This document shows positions 19,401 to 26,172 of a DNA stretch of 64,000 nucleotides, piece by piece. The notes beneath the pieces were generated by a model. The model had not been told where the DNA came from and did no database searches. It was given only the letters and a program-made list of their open reading frames with translations. Position numbers and translations under genes: made by a program. How positions within the stretch are numbered: position 1 is the stretch's first letter; each line of letters opens with the position of its first letter. The DNA is taken from the NCBI GenBank assembly GCA_050950465.1, contig JBMNHQ010000002.1, positions 33,670-97,669 on the forward strand, given 5' to 3'. Origin of the DNA: Candidatus Nanosyncoccaceae bacterium (lineage in GTDB: Bacteria > Patescibacteriota > Saccharimonadia > Saccharimonadales > Saccharimonadaceae).

Positions 19401-22400
19401 CTGGCGAGACTACCACCAAAGCCGATTCTTACACCTACGAAAACCCCACCACACCAGAGATAACTAGCATCTCACCCAGCGAAGGTCTGATTTACGGTGG
19501 CGAAGAAGTCACTATCACTGGCATTAATTTAGATAATATGAAGTGGAAACAGGTGGCAGCTGGAGGCTCTCATGCTTGTGCTATTGGACTAGATAATAAT
19601 GTTTATTGCTGGGGACTAAACAGCTTTGGTCAACTTGGCAATGGTAACAACAACAACTCTAATATTCCCGTTGCTATTTCCCAAGGTGATATACCTACTA
19701 GTGTGACGATTCAGCAACTCTCGGCTGACAGCTATCATACCTGCGCTCTTGGTTCAGACAATAAAGCTTATTGCTGGGGGCGGAACAATTATGGCCAACT
19801 CGGTGATGGCAATAGTGGTTCTAGCGCTGATAAATCTACTCCAGTCGCCGTTCTTCAGGGCGCCATCCCAACTGGCGTCACCATTCAGCAAATCTCGGTT
19901 GGTGGCTCTCACACCTGCGTCCTTGGTTCAGACAATAAAGCTTATTGCTGGGGAAATAATTACCATGGCCAGCTTGGTAATAACAAGAGTGGTGGTAGTC
20001 AATTCTCGTACGATAATAATATTGATTCTTCAACTCCAGTTGCTGTTATCCAAGATAATGTCCCTACCGATATAGTTTTCCAACAAATTACAGTCGGTGG
20101 CGGTCATACCTGCGCTCTTGGTTCAGATAATAAAGCTTATTGCTGGGGGAGTAATAGTAATGGTCAGCTTGGTGATGGCACTACTAATAACAAAACCACT
20201 CCAGTCGCCGTTCTTCAGGGCGCCATCCCAACTGGCGTCACTATCCAGCAACTCTCGGCTGGCACCTCTCATACCTGCGCTCTTGGTTCAGACAATAAAG
20301 CTTATTGCTGGGGGCGGAACAATTATGGCCAACTCGGTGATGGCAATAGTGGTTCTAGCGCTGATAAATCTACTCCAGTCGCCGTTCTTCAGGGCGCCAT
20401 CCCAACTGGCGTCACCATTCAGCAAATCTTGGTTGGCACCTCTCACACCTGCGCTCTTGGTTCAGACAATAAAGCTTATTGCTGGGGATTTAATTGGGGT
20501 GGTCAGCTTGGTGATGGCACTACTAATAACAAAACCACTCCAGTCGCCGTTCTTCAGGGCGCCATCCCAACTGGCGTCACCATTCAGCAAATCTTGGTTG
20601 GCACCTCTCACACCTGCGCTCTTGGTTCAGACAATAAAGCTTATTGCTGGGGGAATAATAATAACGGTCAGCTTGGTGATAGCACTATAACCAACCGTAT
20701 TACTCCAGTACCTGTTAAAACCGCCAATTATTCGGTTGCTTTCGGTGATATTTCAACTCAACAAATTGTCTCATTAGTTAATACTCAAGTGAAAGTTGTT
20801 GCGCCAGCTCATCAATTTGGTGTCAAAGATATTAGTTTGACTCATACTATAATGAATCATACGAGTAGCACATTATCCAGTGCGTATAACTATATTAATC
20901 CGTCAGCACCTGTAATTGCGTCAGTTAATCCTAAAACTGGAGTGTCTGCTGGTAACATTAATGCGACAGTTCAAGTTGAAAATTCGTCGAACCTTAAAAT
21001 AGCTGATGATCTTGTGCAAATAACCACTGGCACCTCTCATACCTGCGCTCTTGGTTCAGACAATAAAGCTTATTGCTGGGGGCGGAACAATTATGGCCAA
21101 CTCGGTGATGGCAATAGTGGTTCTAGCGCTGATAAATCTACTCCAGTCGCCGTTCTTCAGGGCGCCATCCCAACTGGCGTCACCATTCAGCAAATCTCGG
21201 TTGGTGGCTCTCACACCTGCGTCCTTGGTTCAGACAATAAAGCTTATTGCTGGGGATTTAATTGGGGTGGTCAGCTTGGTGATGGCACTACTAATAACAA
21301 AACCACTCCAGTCGCCGTTCTTCAGGGCGCCATCCCAACTGGCGTCACCATTCAGCAAATCTCGGTTGGTGGCTCTCACACCTGCGCTCTTGGTTCAGAC
21401 AATAAAGCTTATTGCTGGGGATATAACAATCATGGTCAACTTGGTGATGGCGCTGGTAGTGCTGGTGATTATAAAACCACTCCAGTCGCCGTTCTTCAGG
21501 GCGCCATCCCAACTGGCGTCACTATCCAGCAACTCTCGGCTGGCACCTCTCATACCTGCGCTCTTGGTTCAGACAATAAAGTATATTGCTGGGGATACAA
21601 CTTTCTTGGTCAACTTGGTGATGGCACCAAGACTAATCGCACCACTCCTGTCGCCGTTTCCCAAGGTGATATACCTACTAGTGTAACGATTCAGCAACTC
21701 TCAGTTGGCAGCAACCATGCTTGTGTTCTTGACTCAAATAACCAGGTTTACTGTTGGGGACATGGTGGCTACGGTCAGCTCGGTGATGGCACTACGATCG
21801 ATAGCACTAGTCCAACTGCCGTTCTTTCTGGTGATATACCTACTAGCGTAACGATTCAGCAAGTTTTTGCTCTCGGAGCAGAAATATACAATGCTTATAC
21901 CTGCGCTCTTGGTTCAGACAATCGTGTCTATTGTTGGGGTTGGAATAGCTACGGTCAACTCGGTGATGGTACTGCTACTCAACGTAATGTCCCTACGGTC
22001 ATCCTTCCGGGTGTTATTCCTATGGATGTTATTTTTCAACAAATTGTTGGTGGCGGTTTTCACACCTGTGCCCTCGACTCAACTGGTAAAGCCTATTGTT
22101 GGGGACACAACGAATATGGTCAACTCGGCACCAACCAAGTAGGCGACCCAGACGATCTCACAGACATCTCAGCCAGTCGTTACACCCCCGCCTATGTCAT
22201 GATGAAGTCCGATCCACTGGAAGTAAGCTTTGGTACCACTGCTGAACACACCGCCGGCACAGCCGGACTAGCTACAGCCGTCTCATCATTCACCGTACCC
22301 GATGGCCAATACTACATCCCAGGCACCACTACACTAACTCTTAACACTCCAGCCCACTCTGTTGGTCCCGTAGCCGTAGTAGTTAAGAACGCTGATGGTC

Positions 22401-22540
22401 AATCTAGCTCTAACACCATCGCCGCTGATGACTCTAATAAGTACACCTACACCAGTGTCCCCGATGCCCCAACTAACCTAACCGCCAATGCTACACCAGT
22501 CACTAACCAAGGCATCAACTACAACATCAATCTAAGCTGA
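16499..22540 (+). CDS. Giant surface protein, copy 1: membrane anchor + beta-rich N domain + three IPT/TIG domains each split by a 7-bladed RCC1 propeller; reading frame stopped by TGA inside the FN3 domain
   Basis: TTG start after GGGGAAGGG. Basic N-terminus plus a hydrophobic helix (IILTSLILITFLTPML). There are 21 RCC1 signatures (YCWGxNxxGQLGDG) arranged 7+7+7, and IPT strands (ITSVTPSIGQTTGGDTITIRGSGF ... VKFDNTYAPYVERISPYKLRVRNPAH..YTY). TGA at 22538-22540. Confidence 0.9.
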   Translation: MKLVTRKLTKFQPKLKSSFRLGFKFGFKIHTKHKTSQILRSGIILTSLILITFLTPMLKKTFQPQTVSAETVTKTWQLNQNSGYNYDYNNYEIEQTATGAQLKQLPSSITLTADEDNLLESWGLSAGTGVVSIIDDPSSGGTGKVYSATGRNTLYSKFYIPINPDLTYTLNGRFKSVGVGGESRIYFGLYPSTKLYNQYSAHSRREYLAFGDTATISNYDDLTITVQPSADLSTWNQGGVDVSHRRLVGFYFDGQTNKLPDFIIRPQGMVLSDVDPAQGAYSTASGTTINLNVPIPPEVQTKIIAGTTKIKNHADGAAYLYAAAYNSLVPTSSYANFSGAVTGTNTNLIIAHNLFPYETNWAKIGLILNYNQDENFTTNFDDISLTITGSQPMYSWQSPAIGPPYSQYVSGQLISMSHTLGSGSSDSVKYQISLDDGKSWLYYNTTTNAWESDLSQHIANTENLYSTPLIRDHGANKANTIDEINANLNKLPATDGIKFKWRAFLESNGTQQVELQSVTLTANNLDPTITSVTPSIGQTTGGDTITIRGSGFSNDEFEYFVGTCGMTKSGKLYCWGDNSRGKLGDGTFVSRSDKRPIAQGEVPITTIFTQIVNSWYHMCALGDDNEIYCWGDNQYGQLGDNTYDNRNIPTKVNKGAIPAGAKIASISTGFHHTCVLTQDDKMYCWGLNDTGQLGDGTTDNSPLPVEVNRGAIPTSVRIRSLQTGWMSSCVLAGDNNVYCWGDNRYGQLGDGTTGSKASPVLLSQGQRDPSFNISQLSTGAHHACIKDSDNKSYCWGLNTYGQLGDGTLFNKTSPTAVTQGDMPNQDIKQVVAGYRNTYVIGSDDKLYVWGHNERGSVGDGTFTNRSAPTLTLLPYSLGTVVSMDQFAFRSVAVLSNNQVYAWGVASGFLGDIVSGDQPLPVRASRSSNQVKFDNTYAPYVERISPYKLRVRNPAHDEGIVSVTATNSTGETTTKADSYTYENPTTPEITSISPSEGLIYGGEEVTITGINLDNMKWKQVAAGGSHACAIGLDNNVYCWGLNSFGQLGNGNNNNSNIPVAISQGDIPTSVTIQQLSADSYHTCALGSDNKAYCWGRNNYGQLGDGNSGSSADKSTPVAVLQGAIPTGVTIQQISVGGSHTCVLGSDNKAYCWGNNYHGQLGNNKSGGSQFSYDNNIDSSTPVAVIQDNVPTDIVFQQITVGGGHTCALGSDNKAYCWGSNSNGQLGDGTTNNKTTPVAVLQGAIPTGVTIQQLSAGTSHTCALGSDNKAYCWGRNNYGQLGDGNSGSSADKSTPVAVLQGAIPTGVTIQQILVGTSHTCALGSDNKAYCWGFNWGGQLGDGTTNNKTTPVAVLQGAIPTGVTIQQILVGTSHTCALGSDNKAYCWGNNNNGQLGDSTITNRITPVPVKTANYSVAFGDISTQQIVSLVNTQVKVVAPAHQFGVKDISLTHTIMNHTSSTLSSAYNYINPSAPVIASVNPKTGVSAGNINATVQVENSSNLKIADDLVQITTGTSHTCALGSDNKAYCWGRNNYGQLGDGNSGSSADKSTPVAVLQGAIPTGVTIQQISVGGSHTCVLGSDNKAYCWGFNWGGQLGDGTTNNKTTPVAVLQGAIPTGVTIQQISVGGSHTCALGSDNKAYCWGYNNHGQLGDGAGSAGDYKTTPVAVLQGAIPTGVTIQQLSAGTSHTCALGSDNKVYCWGYNFLGQLGDGTKTNRTTPVAVSQGDIPTSVTIQQLSVGSNHACVLDSNNQVYCWGHGGYGQLGDGTTIDSTSPTAVLSGDIPTSVTIQQVFALGAEIYNAYTCALGSDNRVYCWGWNSYGQLGDGTATQRNVPTVILPGVIPMDVIFQQIVGGGFHTCALDSTGKAYCWGHNEYGQLGTNQVGDPDDLTDISASRYTPAYVMMKSDPLEVSFGTTAEHTAGTAGLATAVSSFTVPDGQYYIPGTTTLTLNTPAHSVGPVAVVVKNADGQSSSNTIAADDSNKYTYTSVPDAPTNLTANATPVTNQGINYNINLS
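18175..19265 (+). repeat. RCC1 propeller 1 of copy 1 (7 blades, approximate bounds)
   Basis: Seven (Y/V/A)(C/V/A)WG..N..G.LGDG motifs: KLYCWGDNSRG, EIYCWGDNQYG, KMYCWGLNDTG, NVYCWGDNRYG, KSYCWGLNTYG, KLYVWGHNERG, QVYAWGVASG. Confidence 0.85.
19541..20720 (+). repeat. RCC1 propeller 2 of copy 1 (7 blades, approximate bounds)
   Basis: Seven CWG blades. Several are nearly identical at the DNA level to each other and to blades of propeller 3. Confidence 0.85.
21011..22140 (+). repeat. RCC1 propeller 3 of copy 1 (7 blades, approximate bounds)
   Basis: Seven CWG blades, from KAYCWGRNNYG through KAYCWGHNEYG. Confidence 0.85.
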
Positions 22541-23263
22541 ACAGCACCAGTCAGTGATGGCTATAGTCCTATCACTGACTATCTCATAGAGTACTGCATT
22601 AGTAATAGCTCTGGTGTCTGTAACCCATCTCCAGAAGGGGACTGGACTATCTACAATGATGGCACCAGCACTAATACCAGTACTACCATAAGCTCTCTCC
22701 CAGCTAGCCCATCAGCCTACTATACCTTCAGAGTCTCAGCTATTAACAACATCGGCACTAGCCAACCTAGTAACACTCCTACAGTCCAAACTAGCTTCAT
22801 CACACTGTCTTCATCAGTTGACACTGTCACTATTAACATCAACCCATCAGCCAGTGGTAGTACTAATACCTTCTCATCCACTACCCATAATCTCATAGCC
22901 AACTCTAACACCAACTACAACATCACACTATCTATGCCTAGTACCACCCAAACTCTATCCAATGGCACTCACACCATTAACCCCACATCAGCTAATGCCT
23001 CCAATCCTCAATTAGACCTCCCAGCCAACACTTGGGGTTACCGACTCAATAACACTACCTTTGGCACCACTACTACCATAGAGACTAATGTCCCTAATAG
23101 CCAATACACTTGGGCTCAAGTTCAACAGAGCACCACACCAGACCTCATCTACACTGGCACAGGCAATCACACCTTCCCAGTCTACTATGGCTTAAAGGCT
23201 AGCCACACCCAAGCCTCTGGTACCTATACTGGCACTGTTACCTATACAGCTACGACGCAGTAG
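22541..23263 (+). pseudogene. In-frame 3' continuation of copy 1 (rest of FN3 domain + Thr-rich C-terminal domain) cut off by the single TGA
   Basis: There are 723 nt (241 codons) in the same frame as 16499, with no further stop until TAG at 23261-23263. The segment is near-identical to 54015-54737 of copy 2 at a constant offset of 31474. Confidence 0.85.
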
Positions 23264-23379
23264 GGGGCTAGGATAAACAATTTGCGAGTCGTGTTAGATA
23301 ATGGTACGGCCATTGACTTTTTATAGTTTTTGTGATACATTAGAAGTATCTAACAAACAAAAACAAAAAGGATCAATAA

Positions 23380-23607
23380 ATGTCAGAAAAATTTACAAAG
23401 GTTGGTTTCAAATCAGGAGAAACCGATTACACCACCCTTGAAGAAGCAGATAAGTCAAAGCGGAACGAGATATCAAAACAGACGCCTGAAGAATTTGCAG
23501 AAGATCAAGAGCGAATTAGAGAGTTCAAAGAATTTTCCGAAATGATTGTGGGAGCAACTGCTTTAGCACTTGAATATAATCATGCAAGGGAAGTAGAAGC
23601 AGCTTAA
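23380..23607 (+). CDS. Small acidic hypothetical protein
   Basis: 75-aa ORF with an AAGGA SD 8 nt upstream. Candidate promoter TTGACT(23313-23318)-17-TACATT(23336-23341). No recognisable motif. Confidence 0.5.
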   Translation: MSEKFTKVGFKSGETDYTTLEEADKSKRNEISKQTPEEFAEDQERIREFKEFSEMIVGATALALEYNHAREVEAA

Positions 23608-23638
23608 GGTTAGCGAAGTAGAAGGGGAAAACAAAAAT

Positions 23639-26155
23639 ATGTCAATAATTAAACAAAAGATTCTCGGTTTCATCGGTCGGCACCGTCTGCTAGTGTTTTC
23701 GCTATTTATTGCAATCTTATTGCCGATAGCGACTAGTGCGGCTGGTGACGTGAAAATCCGCATGATCAGTGATGGTCAAAAATACTTAAGAAATGCTGCT
23801 ACTGGCAAATATATGACGGCCAATCGTATGCTTGGGCCAAATGGTGAGGTTTATTTCTGCGCCAATAAGGGGTTGCGCGGACCGGACTATTTATCGCGCG
23901 GCTCTTATGGCACATACACCTCGCCTCAAAAAATGGGTGATTTACCCAAAAAGGTCCTTTTGTTAGGTTATCCAAATCGTCAGATAGCTGGCTTTAACGA
24001 GAGCGAGCAGTACCATATTACGCAAAATGCCTTCTGGGCAAGCTCAACTAATTATGTAGTAAACGCTAAAAACACAGTCGGGAATTTGCGTGCAACATCA
24101 TATGTTAACGGCAAGGCTCGAAATGAACAGATTTTGCAGGCAGTTAAGGATCTTTATAATCACGCTGTCAGCACCAATATTGCTGAGTTTAATCCAAGCC
24201 TAACCTTGAATTCGGCGCCTCAGGCTACATTAAAGGGCGATATCTTTGTAGCAGGCCCCTTTTCAGTTACTGGCAAAAACGTCAGGTCGGCTAATCTCGC
24301 ACTGAGTGCAACCGGTGTTAACAACGCTAGATTTTACAATGAGCAAAATCAAACTATTACCCATATTGGTCTTGGACAGAAATTTTACATAAGTTTTCCT
24401 AAGCTAGGTAATAGTCTAAAGGGTACGGCAAACATTAATCTAAGCGGTAAGCAATCTTACTTAGAGGGATTGATTTATAAGCCACCGCAAAGCAATATGC
24501 AAGACATGGCGACATTGGAGGTTGTTGAGACGGCCGCCAATTTAAATACAGCTGCTAAATGGGAATTGACTCCATCTGGTCGTGTCGAAATACTTAAAAT
24601 TGATGCTATTTCTTCAAAACCCCTCTCTGGTGCGACGTTTGAGATTTATAACTCTTCTGGACAAAAAGTTTATTCAGCCGTAACTGATAATAGTGGAAAA
24701 ATTACCTCTTCAAATTTAAACGCTGGTAAATACACTTTCAAAGAAACAGTAGCGCCATCGGGCTATTATCTAAATGATAGAGTTGGCACAGTTGAAATTA
24801 AAACTAATGGCGAGTTGGTGCGCGCCAGTTTGAGTAATCAACCAATTCCAGACACACCTATTCAGATTAAAAAAGTGGATGCTAACACTAAGACAGTCTT
24901 GCGTGGTGCAAAGATTGAAGTACTCAATTCTAATAATGTCAAAGTATTTTCAGGTCTAACCGACAATAATGGCATAGCTGAAGTTGGCCAGCTCAAGGCT
25001 GGTAAATATACTTACAAAGAAGTTGAGCCACCTGCTGGCTATTATCATAATACCAACACTTATGACTTTACTATTAACCCAGGCGATAGCCTAAAGGTAC
25101 TAACCATAGAGAATACCGCTGTAAAGAAAATAACCGTCTGTGATTTAACTAGTCGATCTATGGTGACAATTGAAGAGACTAAGTTCGATTCTGCAAAATA
25201 TTCTAAAAATCAAGACGACTGTACAAGCATTGAAGTCTGTGACCTGACAACCCGTAAGTCTACTACCATCATCAAAACAGCCTTTGATAAAACCAAACAC
25301 TCTAACAACTGGGATGATTGTACAAGCATCGAGGTCTGCGATTTAACAACCCGCAAACCAGCTACCATCATCAAAACAGCCTTTGATAAAACCAAACACT
25401 CTAACAACTGGGATGATTGTGAGTCGATTAAGGTCTGTGATCTAAAAACTCGCAAATCGGTTACCATCATCAAAACAGCCTTTGACAAAACTAAGCACTC
25501 TAATAACCTAGACGACTGTACAAGCATTGAAGTCTGTGACCTGACAACCCGTAAGTCTACTACCATCATCAAAACAGCCTTTGATAAAACCAAACACTCT
25601 AACAACTGGGATGATTGTACAAGCATCGAGGTCTGCGATTTAACAACCCGCAAACCAGCTACCATCATCAAAACAGCCTTTGATAAAACCAAACACTCTA
25701 ACAACTGGGATGATTGTACGGAAACTAAGGTATGTGAGTTGGATAGTAAAAAAGTAATTACGATTGTAGAATCAGCTTTCGATCCAGCTAAACATTCACG
25801 CAACTTAGAAGACTGTAATCTTAAGATTGAAGTTTGTGAGTTGGAAACCAAGAATATCATCATCATCGACGAAACAAAGTTTGATTCCGTCAAACATTCA
25901 AAGAATCTAGAAGATTGTATTCCGAAAATCGAAGTTTGTGACCTAAACACTAAACAGATAGTTACTATCAAAGAGGCAGACTTTGATGAAACCAAATATT
26001 CCAAGGATCATGAAGACTGTCTCTCGACTCCAGCTGAACTGCCAAAAACTGGTCCACTGGAAACCGTGGCTGCATTGATTGCCATCACCGCTGTTAGCTT
26101 GTCGATTACCTACTGGTATAAATCAGCTCAAGCAGTTAAACAGATTAAGCGCTAA
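23639..26155 (+). CDS. LPXTG-anchored adhesin: signal peptide, thioester (TED/TQXA) domain, two SpaA/Cna-B prealbumin-like domains, nine 33-aa Cys-bounded repeats
   Basis: Signal LLVFSLFIAILLPIATSAAG. VYFCANKG (Cys74, nt 23858-60) with LLGYPN and HITQNAFW (Gln129, nt 24023-25) match thioester-domain motifs. Two copies of the G.kYt.kEt.aP.GY pattern. LPKTG at 26039-26053, then a helix and a basic tail. Confidence 0.85.
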   Translation: MSIIKQKILGFIGRHRLLVFSLFIAILLPIATSAAGDVKIRMISDGQKYLRNAATGKYMTANRMLGPNGEVYFCANKGLRGPDYLSRGSYGTYTSPQKMGDLPKKVLLLGYPNRQIAGFNESEQYHITQNAFWASSTNYVVNAKNTVGNLRATSYVNGKARNEQILQAVKDLYNHAVSTNIAEFNPSLTLNSAPQATLKGDIFVAGPFSVTGKNVRSANLALSATGVNNARFYNEQNQTITHIGLGQKFYISFPKLGNSLKGTANINLSGKQSYLEGLIYKPPQSNMQDMATLEVVETAANLNTAAKWELTPSGRVEILKIDAISSKPLSGATFEIYNSSGQKVYSAVTDNSGKITSSNLNAGKYTFKETVAPSGYYLNDRVGTVEIKTNGELVRASLSNQPIPDTPIQIKKVDANTKTVLRGAKIEVLNSNNVKVFSGLTDNNGIAEVGQLKAGKYTYKEVEPPAGYYHNTNTYDFTINPGDSLKVLTIENTAVKKITVCDLTSRSMVTIEETKFDSAKYSKNQDDCTSIEVCDLTTRKSTTIIKTAFDKTKHSNNWDDCTSIEVCDLTTRKPATIIKTAFDKTKHSNNWDDCESIKVCDLKTRKSVTIIKTAFDKTKHSNNLDDCTSIEVCDLTTRKSTTIIKTAFDKTKHSNNWDDCTSIEVCDLTTRKPATIIKTAFDKTKHSNNWDDCTETKVCELDSKKVITIVESAFDPAKHSRNLEDCNLKIEVCELETKNIIIIDETKFDSVKHSKNLEDCIPKIEVCDLNTKQIVTIKEADFDETKYSKDHEDCLSTPAELPKTGPLETVAALIAITAVSLSITYWYKSAQAVKQIKR
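25124..26020 (+). repeat. Nine tandem 99-bp (33-aa) coding repeats, consensus IEVCDLtTrK..TIiKtaFDktKHSnN.dDCts
   Basis: Read directly from the translation. Repeats 2-3 and 5-6 are DNA-identical, reflecting a ~297-bp higher-order duplication (about 25210-25410 = 25507-25707). Confidence 0.9.
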
Positions 26156-26172
26156 GAATATTTCATAAAATA

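Noticed and set aside
19749-21686. Long alternative-frame ORFs inside giant gene copy 1 (19749-20075, 20097-20690, 21051-21686, 21867-22142), with similar ones in copy 2 (50623-50898, 50956-51240, 51595-51819, 52126-52611, 52612-52959, 52960-53307, 53308-53499)
   Set aside because: They are +1/+2 frame read-outs of the RCC1 repeats. They repeat with the same period, have low-complexity hydrophobic composition and no SD, and lie fully inside a frame carrying strong protein motifs.
22538-22540. TGA read as Trp, Gly or selenocysteine (alternative genetic code or recoding)
   Set aside because: TGA terminates ftsZ, adk, galU, hpf, murD and ftsE at their expected ends, and RF2 is intact. No SECIS-like hairpin follows, and the aligned codon is Trp rather than Cys/Sec. 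Near-cognate readthrough remains possible and is listed as a hypothesis only.
22150-23263. Possible diversity-generating retroelement (template/variable repeat pair) behind the near-identical 3' ends of the two giant genes
   Set aside because: The differences between the copies are scattered, mostly synonymous and not confined to adenine positions. The last ~730 bp are almost identical, and no reverse transcriptase or accessory gene is present in the window.
16356-23380. Mobile element or prophage origin of the duplicated giant genes
   Set aside because: No integrase, transposase, terminal inverted repeats, target-site duplication or tRNA lies at either boundary. The duplication boundaries coincide with the promoter and the stop codon of the gene itself.
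25210-26004. 264-aa antisense ORF across the adhesin repeat region, plus antisense ORFs 51384-51695, 52176-52568, 52608-52916, 52956-53264, 22720-22914 and 54194-54388
   Set aside because: These are open only because the sense-strand repeats avoid the reverse-complement stop triplets. They are periodic copies of each other and have no start context. The sense frame is clearly the coding one.
25124-26020. CRISPR-like or other non-coding tandem array (also 52248-53639)
   Set aside because: The periods of 99 bp and 348 bp are multiples of three and lie inside long ORFs with conserved protein motifs. There is no repeat-spacer structure and there are no cas genes.
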